Of a DNA stretch of 64,000 bases, positions 1 through 9,089 are shown in pieces (positions within the stretch are counted from its first letter, which is position 1; every line of letters starts with the position of its first letter). The stretch comes from Escherichia phage vB_EcoP_WFI101126, in the sequence record NC_070991.1, one strand, 5' to 3'. A program made the position numbers and the translations under genes. The notes beneath the pieces are model-generated. The model worked only from the letters and a program-made list of their open reading frames with translations. It did not search any database and was not told the DNA's origin.

Positions 1-64
1 AGCCTTTCTCTCACTCTCTAAAGGGGAACTAAATAAACGGGTAGCTAATGAATAGGATGGTATA

Positions 65-101
65 CACGGGGAAATAATTACGGGGAGTAGGCACGGGGAA
101 A
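65..101. repeat. Three closely spaced copies of YACGGGGAR (65-74, 79-87, 92-101) in the non-coding left end; ACGGGGA recurs at 323-329
   Basis: Read directly from sequence; 13-14 bp spacing. Confidence 0.5.
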
Positions 102-495
102 GGTGGAACGTTGAAAAGGAAGGTAAAGGCATTGCCAATAACCCTTTTTTAAATGAGGACTCCCCCTTTTTAGGAAACACGCGGGAAGCGGCTAGCCCCA
201 CTCGGTCAAATCAGAATTTTAAACTCTTATATATAAGGTTGAAAGAGAACTTATGTGGAAAATTAAGTTAATCATTAAGCAATTCAAATGTGATCACGAG
301 TACTATCGGATACGCAAAGCTTACGGGGATGAAAGAGTTCACACCCTTTATAAGTCCACTTGGAGATGTAGTAAATGTGGCAAGCTTAAACACAGCACAT
401 GGATGGACAGGCCTTAATGGAATGGATATTCTGGTTAGTAATAGTTTTCTGTTTATTCATCTGCTTCTCTATAGCGAGATGTATCAAGTATGACT

Positions 496-610
496 AATGA
501 CATGGCCTTAATGTGATAGTGCCTTTATGACATGCCCTTTACTTCAGCGTACACGGGTTGTTGGTGTGAGGGTGCCTTTACGGGTAGGTCTTATGATGTG
601 CCCTTTATAC
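496..610. repeat. Cluster of short direct repeats TGCCYTTTAY (520-528, 533-542, 573-581, 599-608) and ATGACATG (498-505, 527-534) upstream of first plus-strand gene
   Basis: Read directly from sequence. Confidence 0.5.
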
Positions 611-632
611 TCTTATTCAGAGGAGAAGAATT

Positions 633-899
633 ATGAATTTAGTATTAGACTTTTTATCAGAGATGGTGCCTCGGTTTAGAACGGAGAGATGTGCCTTCAT
701 TAAAGAATCCTCTGATAAGTATGGAGATGGTGAGATGATGGAACTCACTTGCATCGGTCGTCTAGTTGACTTGGATGACGATGAAGATTTTGATGTTACG
801 ATGGATGTTAGCAGTTTAGGTTGGCTATTCTTCAGAACATTCGTATCGTACAAATATGAAACATTTAAAGATTACAGTAAGGGAGAGACAGATGAATAA
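633..899 (+). CDS. hypothetical acidic protein (88 aa)
   Basis: ORF track; AGGAGAAG Shine-Dalgarno 5 nt upstream of ATG 633; stop overlaps next start (ATGAATAA). Confidence 0.45.
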   Translation: MNLVLDFLSEMVPRFRTERCAFIKESSDKYGDGEMMELTCIGRLVDLDDDEDFDVTMDVSSLGWLFFRTFVSYKYETFKDYSKGETDE

Positions 900-1587
900 T
901 CAAATAATCGCAGTTAATATGGAAGGTATTTATGGAGGTAGCTTCCCTTCTGGCTCTCCTTTCCACATCAAAGCAATGGACCTTAACGAGTATAATTCAC
1001 AGCTGTGTCGCTCTGGTTGTAGCTTACAACATTTAGAGACTATGGGAAATGTTTCAGGACTGGCTGTACAAGATTTATATAGTGGAAGTATTCTTAAACC
1101 AAATATTACGGAGAAGAAAGATATGATGAGTTTAGTAGAACAATACCGTGGACTTCAAGTCGGTACTATTGGTGATAAATATGAGAACTACTACAAAGAT
1201 CGCTCAAAAGTACTTGAAGAAGTTGCACGGGCTAAGCCTTCTACTCTGGAAGTAGTTGAATACGAATCTACTAAACATGATCACCTCCCTGACTATGCTC
1301 GTGCAATGATTGAGATGATTGAAGAAGCTGAATATGAAATGCTCCATGATTACATTACCTCCAAAGATGAATGGCATCGTGATGTTCGCATCGAAGAGGA
1401 TGGTACAGAAACAATTACGTGGATTCACAAGAGTGAGCTAGTAGACGACGCACTGCGAGACTACGAAAAATTTTTGGTCGACGGCTCTATTCTTTTAGAG
1501 GAAGAGAAGGGTGCAGAACTTCCGTGGGAAGGTGAGACGATTGCTCTAGGTAAGATGTTTAACCTGTCCGTTGGTGATTGTAAGTAA
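892..1587 (+). CDS. hypothetical protein (231 aa; track ORF starts at 856 in same frame)
   Basis: ORF track 856..1587; ATG 892 preferred because GGGAG precedes it and it overlaps the upstream stop. Confidence 0.5.
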   Translation: MNNQIIAVNMEGIYGGSFPSGSPFHIKAMDLNEYNSQLCRSGCSLQHLETMGNVSGLAVQDLYSGSILKPNITEKKDMMSLVEQYRGLQVGTIGDKYENYYKDRSKVLEEVARAKPSTLEVVEYESTKHDHLPDYARAMIEMIEEAEYEMLHDYITSKDEWHRDVRIEEDGTETITWIHKSELVDDALRDYEKFLVDGSILLEEEKGAELPWEGETIALGKMFNLSVGDCK

Positions 1588-1592
1588 TGTTT

Positions 1593-1614
1593 GCCTCCTT
1601 TGGGAGGCTTTTTG
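1593..1614 (+). terminator. intrinsic terminator: GCCTCC/GGAGGC stem, 4-nt loop, T-run
   Basis: Hairpin plus TTTTTG read directly, 6 nt after stop at 1587. Confidence 0.55.
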
Positions 1615-1643
1615 TGTTGTTGATAATGTAGAAGGAGTATAAA

Positions 1644-2117
1644 ATGTTTGGAGAAAACGGAGAACTCACGCCTGCACAGGTAGCTGAGGTTACAGGAAGA
1701 TTACCCGGAGTAACGGAAGAACTCGAAAGCCGTGGTATGAACCCAAGCAATGGGAAGTTTCAAAAGGGAAATAAATTCGGACGACCCAGAGGTAGTAGAG
1801 GTAAACTGACACAATTAATGTTGGACCGTGTTGCTGCAAGTCATTTGTCTCCTGATGAAGTGTTAATTCAAATTTACGAAGATCCTAATATTCCACCCGA
1901 TCTTAGATTCAAGGCTGCATCAAAAGTTGCAGATCTGGTATATCCTAAGGCGGCCTCTGTTGAAGTTAAGATTGAGGAAGAGAATGTAATCAACGAAGAA
2001 TCATTGAATGCACAAATCAAGGACTTCTTGACTGGAGCACTTGGTATCGACGTTATGCCTCCAGAAGAAGATAACTCTGAGGACGCTGAAAAGGGGGAGG
2101 AAGCGGACGAGAGTTAA
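1644..2117 (+). CDS. putative terminase small subunit (157 aa, acidic C-terminus)
   Basis: Position immediately upstream of large terminase; AAGGAG before ATG; no diagnostic motif. Confidence 0.4.
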   Translation: MFGENGELTPAQVAEVTGRLPGVTEELESRGMNPSNGKFQKGNKFGRPRGSRGKLTQLMLDRVAASHLSPDEVLIQIYEDPNIPPDLRFKAASKVADLVYPKAASVEVKIEEENVINEESLNAQIKDFLTGALGIDVMPPEEDNSEDAEKGEEADES

Positions 2118-2186
2118 GTAAAGGAAAGAAGGGGAGGTTCTTTGACGAAGGGACTTTCCCTTTTCTATTTTTAAACTGGAGGAAGT

Positions 2187-3728
2187 ATGTCATTAGATAA
2201 ACAAATTTATGAAGCTCTAACTGGTAACAATCTTAGTGTAGAGGAAAAGAAAGCACTATTGAATATGTTGAAAGAGCGTGACCAATGGAGGAAGTATAAT
2301 AAGATTTTGTCTTTCAAGGCGTATGACTTCCAAAAGAAATTTTATGCAGCAGGATTGAAGCATCGCTTTAGATTCTTGTGTGCAGCGAACCGTGTTGGTA
2401 AATCTTACAGCGAGGCATACGAGTTTGCTTGTCATGTCACAGGTCGCTACCCAACTTGGTGGACAGGATATAAATTTAAAAGACCTATCTTAGCATGGGC
2501 AGTTGGTATTACAGGGGATTCCACAAGGAAAGTATTGCAAAAGGAATTGTTTGGTACACCTATCGGAAAGGATACAAACTTATTGGGGACAGGTGTCATT
2601 CCTCGTGATGCTATCGTCATTGACACGATAGAACGAGATGGTAACAAACTTCAAATCGTACAAATTAAACATCAAAATGAAAGAGGAGAGTTTGACGGTT
2701 TAAGTACATTAGAATTCCGTTCAACCCAACAGGGTGAACATACATTGATGGGTGCAACAGTTGACTACATTTGGTTAGACGAAGAAGATCCATACGAGTC
2801 TATGGCTATATTCGCACAGTGCGTCACACGTACACTCACAACTAAAGGTCTAGTTACAATTACAGCTACACCAGAGAACGGTTTAACTGAACTGGTAGAT
2901 AAATTTATGAAAGGCGAAGGGGATGAGAACACAGGTTCTCTATATTTCCAAAATGCTTCTTGGTGGGATGCTCATGCAGACCTAGGTGGACACATCACTG
3001 ACCAAGATATAAAAGATATGACTGAAGGTATTCCAGCGTGGCAGTTAGAGATGCGTTCGAAAGGTATGCCATTGTTAGGAAGTGGTTTGATATATGATGT
3101 ATCGGATGACACAATTAAATGTGAACCATTCGAAATTCCGGATACGTGGAAACGTGTCTGCGCAATTGATATTGGTATCGATCACCCAACTGCTGCTGTT
3201 TGGACAGCTTACGATGCAAACACGGATACTATCTATGTTTACGACTCATATAAAGAAGGTGGCTTTACTCCAGTGTATCATGCTCCAGCTATTAATGGTC
3301 GTGGTCAGTGGATTCCTGTCATCCTACCGCACGATGCGGACAATATTGAGAAAGGTAGTGGCTCATCTGTTGCTCAATTCTATAAGAATGCAGGAGTTAA
3401 CGTACAGAGTGAGACCTTCTACAACAAAATTGGAATGGATGGTAAAAAGAACTTCTTTGTAGAACCGGGAATCACAGATATCCGAGAAAGAATGATGAGT
3501 GGACGCTTTAAAATCTTTAACACAGCCGCTAACGCTAAGCTATTCGAAGAGAAAGCTAGATATCACCGTAAGGTTGGTAAGATTATTAAAGAACATGATG
3601 ACTTAATGGATGCAATGCGCTATTCAGCGTGCTCTGTTACACATCGTGGTCGCTCTAAACATGATGTTAGCTACGGAAGTGCTTCTCTGTATGAGGCAAA
3701 CGTAAGCAGATGGAATCAGAGTTACTAA
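2187..3728 (+). CDS. terminase large subunit
   Basis: 513 aa; P-loop-like AANRVGKS, acidic WLDEEDPYE (Walker B-like), C-terminal nuclease-like region with conserved Asp (CAIDIGIDHP, HDDLMDA). Confidence 0.85.
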   Translation: MSLDKQIYEALTGNNLSVEEKKALLNMLKERDQWRKYNKILSFKAYDFQKKFYAAGLKHRFRFLCAANRVGKSYSEAYEFACHVTGRYPTWWTGYKFKRPILAWAVGITGDSTRKVLQKELFGTPIGKDTNLLGTGVIPRDAIVIDTIERDGNKLQIVQIKHQNERGEFDGLSTLEFRSTQQGEHTLMGATVDYIWLDEEDPYESMAIFAQCVTRTLTTKGLVTITATPENGLTELVDKFMKGEGDENTGSLYFQNASWWDAHADLGGHITDQDIKDMTEGIPAWQLEMRSKGMPLLGSGLIYDVSDDTIKCEPFEIPDTWKRVCAIDIGIDHPTAAVWTAYDANTDTIYVYDSYKEGGFTPVYHAPAINGRGQWIPVILPHDADNIEKGSGSSVAQFYKNAGVNVQSETFYNKIGMDGKKNFFVEPGITDIRERMMSGRFKIFNTAANAKLFEEKARYHRKVGKIIKEHDDLMDAMRYSACSVTHRGRSKHDVSYGSASLYEANVSRWNQSY

Positions 3729-3733
3729 AGTAA

Positions 3734-3763
3734 GGGGGAGGTTTGTCCTCCCTTCTTTTATTT
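3734..3763 (+). terminator. terminator-like hairpin GGGAGG/CCTCCC with T-rich tail between terminase and portal
   Basis: Read directly; may act as attenuator. Confidence 0.45.
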
Positions 3764-3789
3764 AAGCTATCAACCGAGGGAGAGAATCG

Positions 3790-6033
3790 ATGGCTAAGCA
3801 AAAATATAGTGAAGAGGTGTTGGACGAATTACGTGTTGACCTTCAACGTCGTTTTAATTACGCTCAAGGCTACGTAGATATGGCTGTTAAGGGCTATGCT
3901 CGTGAAGCTTGGGAATATTTCTATGGTAACTTACCTGCACCAGTAACTGCTGGCAGCTCTAGTTGGGTAGATCGTACTGTTTGGGAATCTGTTAACGGTA
4001 CATTGCAAGATATTATTAACGTATTCTGTTCTGGTGATGAAGCAGTTACTTTCGTAGCTGACAACCAACAGGATTCTGATGCTGCTGATGTAGCAACTAA
4101 ATTAGTTAACCAAATTCTTCTGCGTGACAATCCGGGATACAACATTATCTCTTCTGCTGCACAAGAATGTCTGGTTACTCGTAACTCTTTTATCAAGTAT
4201 TATTGGGATGAACAAACTTCTACTCAAACCGAAGAGGCTGAAGGTGTACCACCGGAAGCATTGGCTGCATATGTTCAGGGATTAGAAGCTGGTGGACTCA
4301 AGAATCTGGAAATCTTCACTGAAGAAAATGAAGACGGTACAGTCGATGTTAAAGTTACTTATGAACAAACTGTTAAACGTGTGAAAGTTGAATACGTTCC
4401 TTCAGAGCAAATCTTTGTTGATGAACATGCTACCTCTTTTGCAGATGCACAATACTTCTGTCACCGTGTACGTCGTTCTAAAGAAGATCTGGTTGCTATG
4501 GGCTTCCCTAAAGATGAGATTGAAGCATTCAACGACTGGACAGACACGATGGATACCACTCAATCTACAGTTGCTTGGTCTCGTACTGACTGGCGTCAGG
4601 ATATTGATGCTGATATTGGTACAGATACCGAAGACATTGCTTCTATGGTTTGGGTTTATGAGCACTACATCCGTACTGGTGTTCTAGATAAGAATAAAGA
4701 GTCTAAACTCTATCAAGTTATTCAAGCTGGTGAGCATATCCTTCACACTGAAGAAGTAACTCATATCCCGTTTGTAACCTTCTGTCCTTATCCGATTCCG
4801 GGTTCCTTCTATGGTCAATCAGTCTATGACATTACGAAAGATATTCAGGATTTACGTACCGCGTTAGTTCGTGGTTATATTGATAACGTCAACAATGCTA
4901 ACTATGGTCGATACAAAGCTCTTGTTGGTGCATATGACCGTCGCTCTCTGCTTGATAACCGTCCCGGTGGAGTGGTTGAAATGGAACGTCAGGACGCTAT
5001 TGACCTGTTCCCATACCATAACCTACCTCAAGGTATTGACGGACTCCTAGGTATGTCTGAGGAGCTTAAAGAGACACGTACAGGTGTAACTAAACTTGGC
5101 ATGGGTATCAACCCTGATGTGTTTAAGAATGATAACGCTTATGCAACTGTAGGCTTGATGATGAATGCTGCACAGAACCGTCTCCGTATGGTATGTCGTA
5201 ACATCGCTCACAACGGTATGGTTGAATTGATGCGTGGTATTTACAACCTTATCAGAGAGAACGGTGAAGTACCTATTGAGGTACAAACCCCTCGTGGTAT
5301 GATTCAGGTTAACCCGAAACAATTACCAGCTCGTCATAATCTTCAAGTTGTTGTAGCTATCTCCCCTAACGAGAAAGCAGAACGTGCACAGAAACTGATT
5401 AGCTTGAAACAGCTGATTGCAGCAGATGCACAGTTAGCACCTCTCTTTGGTTTGGAGCAAGACCGTTACATGACTGCACAGATCTTTGAGTTGATGGGTA
5501 TTAAGGACACACATAAATACCTTCTGCCTCTGGAACAGTATCAGCCTCCAGAACCTTCTCCGATGGAAATCCTCCAGCTTGAGATGACTAAAGCACAGGT
5601 TGAGAACGTACAGGCTTCTTCTCAGAAGATGATTGCTGATGCATTCGACCAACGTGAACGTACTACATTCGAACAGCAGAAAGCTGCGGATGAATTAAGT
5701 CTGCGTCAGGAAGAGTTGCAGTTCAAGCAAGAAAATGCAGCAGATGCTATGACTCTGGAAAACCGTAAAGAAGATAACAATGCTACTCTGGAACAAGCTA
5801 AACACAAATTAGCTCTTATGCAACAGCAGGTCCGTCAGTATGAATCTGTACTGAAAGAATTGCAGATGGTTATGTCTCATCAGGTAGACCAAGAGAAGAT
5901 TGTTCAGCAATCTCGTGTTCAGGATAAAACTTTGGAACTCCAAAAGAAAGAAGCTAATGTACCTAAGAAAGAGCAACAAGCTACTCTCAAAGATTCACGG
6001 ATTCCAGGCAAACGTCTTGGAAGTAAAAACTAA
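3790..6033 (+). CDS. portal protein
   Basis: 747 aa directly downstream of large terminase; Q/E-rich coiled-coil C-terminus; call by position and size. Confidence 0.7.
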   Translation: MAKQKYSEEVLDELRVDLQRRFNYAQGYVDMAVKGYAREAWEYFYGNLPAPVTAGSSSWVDRTVWESVNGTLQDIINVFCSGDEAVTFVADNQQDSDAADVATKLVNQILLRDNPGYNIISSAAQECLVTRNSFIKYYWDEQTSTQTEEAEGVPPEALAAYVQGLEAGGLKNLEIFTEENEDGTVDVKVTYEQTVKRVKVEYVPSEQIFVDEHATSFADAQYFCHRVRRSKEDLVAMGFPKDEIEAFNDWTDTMDTTQSTVAWSRTDWRQDIDADIGTDTEDIASMVWVYEHYIRTGVLDKNKESKLYQVIQAGEHILHTEEVTHIPFVTFCPYPIPGSFYGQSVYDITKDIQDLRTALVRGYIDNVNNANYGRYKALVGAYDRRSLLDNRPGGVVEMERQDAIDLFPYHNLPQGIDGLLGMSEELKETRTGVTKLGMGINPDVFKNDNAYATVGLMMNAAQNRLRMVCRNIAHNGMVELMRGIYNLIRENGEVPIEVQTPRGMIQVNPKQLPARHNLQVVVAISPNEKAERAQKLISLKQLIAADAQLAPLFGLEQDRYMTAQIFELMGIKDTHKYLLPLEQYQPPEPSPMEILQLEMTKAQVENVQASSQKMIADAFDQRERTTFEQQKAADELSLRQEELQFKQENAADAMTLENRKEDNNATLEQAKHKLALMQQQVRQYESVLKELQMVMSHQVDQEKIVQQSRVQDKTLELQKKEANVPKKEQQATLKDSRIPGKRLGSKN

Positions 6034-6042
6034 GGACGTCGA

Positions 6043-6279
6043 ATGAACATTAGACATCAATTTAATAAAGAGCACGCCGCCGCTTTGGCGGCTCTCAACC
6101 TTAACGGCAGTCTTGACGCAGCATTAGAGGCATTGAAAGAAAGACTCATGACAGAGATAGTTCAAACAGAACCTCATGAGAATAAGAAACGCGAAGATTG
6201 TTATCAAAAGTATAAAATGGTTGGTAGCTTAAAAGAGGTCATAAAAGCTGCTATCAATAGTGCAGGAGATGTTTCATAA
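6043..6279 (+). CDS. hypothetical protein (78 aa)
   Basis: ORF track; between portal and scaffold genes. Confidence 0.4.
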   Translation: MNIRHQFNKEHAAALAALNLNGSLDAALEALKERLMTEIVQTEPHENKKREDCYQKYKMVGSLKEVIKAAINSAGDVS

Positions 6280-7364
6280 TGCCACAAGATAATTATATTG
6301 ACCCGAACGATTTTAAATCTTTCCTCCAACTGGATGACCTGAAAGGTTCTTTCAAAGAAGAACTCGGTCGATTAGAATCTGAACAAGAACCAGAAGTGGA
6401 CATTGACGATGAGTTCCCGGAAAAAGACGGTGACGATTTCGACTTTGATACCGACCTTCTCGGTGAAAGCGATGTGCTTAAGTTCGAAGATGAAGATGGT
6501 TGGGAAGATCATGACGAGGAAGGCGAAGTCGAAGAAGATGAGGACGACTCCGATGAAGGTGCTGAAGACACTGAAGCAGATGAGGAAGACTCAAGCGATG
6601 CAGGATATGAAGATGATTCTGCTGACGGTGATGGTGAAGTCTTTGATGTAGACTACGAAACCGTTATCACCCTTCCTGATGGACGTGAGATGACTATTGA
6701 AGAACTTTCTAATGGCTATCTTACTGGTGCTGATATGACAGAACGAGAGACTACTCTTCAGCGTCATATGGAAGCATTCGAGGAACGTGTAGTAGGTTTG
6801 AAGGATGTATTAGAACTAGCGTCTTTAGAAGCAGACCGAGTAATTGAAGATTATAACGGTTTTGATTGGGACAAGCTTGCAGTAGAAGATCCTCAAGCGT
6901 ATGTTGAAAACAAACGTTTCCTAGAGAAGTACACAGCTCGCCGTCAACAGCTTGAACAGGCTCAGGTCCGTATTAAGCAGGAAGCAGCAGCTAAAGAGCA
7001 GGAAGCTTTCCAAGCCAAGAGCATTGAATGTGTTAATATTCTGAAACGTGAGATTCCAAATTGGGATGAAAACTTATATCAAAACTTAATGCAATACGCA
7101 ATTGACTTAGGTGCTACTGAAGAAGAAGTATTGAAGGAAAACCGTCCGTCTATTTTCCTAGCTCTCCATAAAGCATACCAATTTGATAAAGGTAAGCAAC
7201 AGGTGATGGCTAAGATTAAACGTCCCGGTGCTCCACGCAAGGTTGTGAAGTCTGATGCTGCAAAGTCTCGCACTTCCAATAAGCCAGACAACGCTAAGGT
7301 TGCCAAGGCATTCGCAGAGGGTCGCGTTAGTCACGAAGACGCATTCAAATTCCTCGTAGATTAA
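6279..7364 (+). CDS. scaffolding protein
   Basis: 361 aa; extremely D/E-rich N-terminal third, coiled-coil-like remainder, located between portal and capsid genes. Confidence 0.6.
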   Translation: MPQDNYIDPNDFKSFLQLDDLKGSFKEELGRLESEQEPEVDIDDEFPEKDGDDFDFDTDLLGESDVLKFEDEDGWEDHDEEGEVEEDEDDSDEGAEDTEADEEDSSDAGYEDDSADGDGEVFDVDYETVITLPDGREMTIEELSNGYLTGADMTERETTLQRHMEAFEERVVGLKDVLELASLEADRVIEDYNGFDWDKLAVEDPQAYVENKRFLEKYTARRQQLEQAQVRIKQEAAAKEQEAFQAKSIECVNILKREIPNWDENLYQNLMQYAIDLGATEEEVLKENRPSIFLALHKAYQFDKGKQQVMAKIKRPGAPRKVVKSDAAKSRTSNKPDNAKVAKAFAEGRVSHEDAFKFLVD

Positions 7365-7405
7365 TCGACAAATTAATTATTTAATAGTATAGGAGCTAAC
7401 ATAAC

Positions 7406-8464
7406 ATGGCTAATCCAACTTTATTTGTATCGTATGACCAGAATGGTAAAAAACTTTCTTTTGCTAACTGGATTTCTGTTCTGTCCCCTCAGGATACCCC
7501 GTTCGTATCCATGACCGGTAAAGAGTCTATCAACCAGACTATCTTTAGCTGGCAGACCGATGCATTGGCAAGCGTTGACGCTAATAACGCACACGTCGAA
7601 GGCTCTCGTGCTGAAGACGGCGAAATGAAACCGACTGTTATCAAATCTAACGTTACTCAGATTCTGCGTAAGGTTGTTCGTGTTTCTGATACTGCTAACA
7701 CCACCGCTAACTATGGTCGTGGTCGTGAACTGATGTATCAGCTGGAGAAGAAAGGTAAAGAGATCAAACGTGATCTCGAGAAGATCCTTCTGTCCGGTCA
7801 GGCTCGTACCGACGTTCTGGCTGACCAGTACCTGACTAACTCTGCAACTGATCCTGATGTTGTTGGTCTGAACGACACCCATGCAGCTCGTAAGACTGGT
7901 GCTTTCCAGTTCCTGTGTGCTCACGGCGGTCTGTCTGGTGGTTTTGTTGACAAGACCAAAAATGGTCCTGCTGACCCGGATACTGGTGCAGTAACTGTTA
8001 AAGTTGCACAGAATGCTTCTAACCCGACCACTAACATTGGTTTCGACGAAGCTGATATCTTTGATATGACTCTGCAACTGTACACCGCTGGTTCTGAAGC
8101 AGATATCATCATGATTAACCCGGCTCATGCTAAGATCTTCGCTGGCCTGCAAGAAAATACTCAGGGTTCACGTAAGCGTATCTTTGAGAACACCAAGCAG
8201 TTCATCTACGAAGTTAACAGCATCACTGACCCGCTGGGCCAGAGCTACAAAATCATCGTTAACCGTTGGATGCCTACCGATGCAGTTTACTTCTTCCGTA
8301 GCGCTGACTGGACCCAGATGGTTCTGCGTGCTCCGAAACGTACTGAACTGGCTAAAGATGGTTCTTACGAGAAGTGGATGATTGAGATGGAAGTTGGTCT
8401 GCGTCACCGCAACCCGTACGCTTCCGGCGTTCTGTTCACTGCTGCGGGAAAGGCGGCGGCGTAA
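7406..8464 (+). CDS. major capsid protein
   Basis: 352 aa; position after scaffold; followed by Ig-like ORF and strong terminator. Confidence 0.8.
   Translation: MANPTLFVSYDQNGKKLSFANWISVLSPQDTPFVSMTGKESINQTIFSWQTDALASVDANNAHVEGSRAEDGEMKPTVIKSNVTQILRKVVRVSDTANTTANYGRGRELMYQLEKKGKEIKRDLEKILLSGQARTDVLADQYLTNSATDPDVVGLNDTHAARKTGAFQFLCAHGGLSGGFVDKTKNGPADPDTGAVTVKVAQNASNPTTNIGFDEADIFDMTLQLYTAGSEADIIMINPAHAKIFAGLQENTQGSRKRIFENTKQFIYEVNSITDPLGQSYKIIVNRWMPTDAVYFFRSADWTQMVLRAPKRTELAKDGSYEKWMIEMEVGLRHRNPYASGVLFTAAGKAAA
8446..8452 (+). promoter_or_regulatory. candidate -1 ribosomal slippery heptamer G_GGA_AAG in capsid frame
   Basis: GGGAAAG with codon phasing G|GGA|AAG, 13 codons before capsid stop; -1 frame open into the 8476..8988 ORF. 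Confidence 0.5.
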
Positions 8465-8475
8465 CAGTAGACAGT

Positions 8476-8988
8476 GTGACTGTTAGCCCTGCGTCTTTAG
8501 CAAGTCTAGAGACAGGGGCTACTCGGCAGTTCACTGCAAGCGCGGAGAAAAGTGATGGTTCTACCGAAACAACTGGCTTTACTTGGTCAGTGACAGGCGG
8601 TGGTTCTATCACTCAGTCGGGTTTGTATACTGCTCCGAGTGCGTCTCAATCCACTGATGTATCCATTACTGCAACTTTAGAAGGTGTTTCTGGTACAGCA
8701 ACCATTTCTGAAATTGTTGCTCCTGCTCCTACTATTGTAGCTAAGGGTCCAATTACGGGTAAAACTGGTGGTTCCTCCACTAATTTCACTACCATGTTTA
8801 CTGTAACTAATTCTGCTGCTGCGGATTACACGTTTGTTGTAACTCCTACAGAAGCTGGTACAGTGAGCGCCGCTGGTGCGTTAACCTTAGATGCTGCTGC
8901 AAGTGGCGAAGTTACTGTTAAAGCAAGTCTGACAGCTGACCCATCCATCAATGCAACATGCACTTTTACTGGTGTAACACCTGCTTAA
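8476..8988 (+). CDS. Ig-like (Big_2-type) domain; predicted C-terminal extension of capsid protein via -1 frameshift rather than an independent gene
   Basis: GTG start with no Shine-Dalgarno; in -1 frame relative to capsid; VTVSPASLASLETGATRQFTA resembles Big_2 domain starts. Confidence 0.55.
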   Translation: MTVSPASLASLETGATRQFTASAEKSDGSTETTGFTWSVTGGGSITQSGLYTAPSASQSTDVSITATLEGVSGTATISEIVAPAPTIVAKGPITGKTGGSSTNFTTMFTVTNSAAADYTFVVTPTEAGTVSAAGALTLDAAASGEVTVKASLTADPSINATCTFTGVTPA

Positions 8989-8994
8989 AACTAG

Positions 8995-9019
8995 ACCCTG
9001 CCTTCGGGCGGGGTTTTTT
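8995..9019 (+). terminator. intrinsic terminator: 8-bp stem ACCCTGCC/GGCGGGGT, TTCG loop, T6
   Basis: Read directly, 7 nt after stop at 8988. Confidence 0.7.
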
Positions 9020-9047
9020 CGTTTTAAGACCTATACAAGCTAGTGTG

Positions 9048-9057
9048 TAATGTATAT
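9048..9057 (+). promoter_or_regulatory. TAATGTATAT motif, about 33 nt upstream of ATG 9090
   Basis: One of at least six near-identical copies upstream of gene starts on both strands. Confidence 0.4.
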
Positions 9058-9089
9058 TCTTTGTCTACATATAACAAGGAGGACAACCT

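Noticed and set aside
290-493. 67-aa plus-strand ORF in the left-end region
   Set aside because: No convincing ribosome-binding site; sits in repeat-rich non-coding DNA. Not excluded, but unsupported.
2147-2172. Hairpin GAAGGGA/TCCCTTT with T-run between the two terminase genes
   Set aside because: Three-nt loop and G-U closing pairs make it a weak terminator; a strong terminator between terminase subunits is unlikely. Possibly an attenuator.
3094-3462. 122-aa plus-strand ORF in an alternative frame inside the large terminase gene
   Set aside because: Internal to a gene with clear motifs; low-complexity hydrophobic translation.
3921-5652. Several 70-100-aa ORFs on both strands inside the portal gene
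   Set aside because: All nested within the 747-aa portal ORF; no independent start signals.
7421-8152. 243-aa minus-strand ORF antisense to the major capsid gene
   Set aside because: Lies entirely inside a well-supported plus-strand gene; Ser/Thr/Arg-rich composition typical of antisense read-through; no ribosome-binding site.
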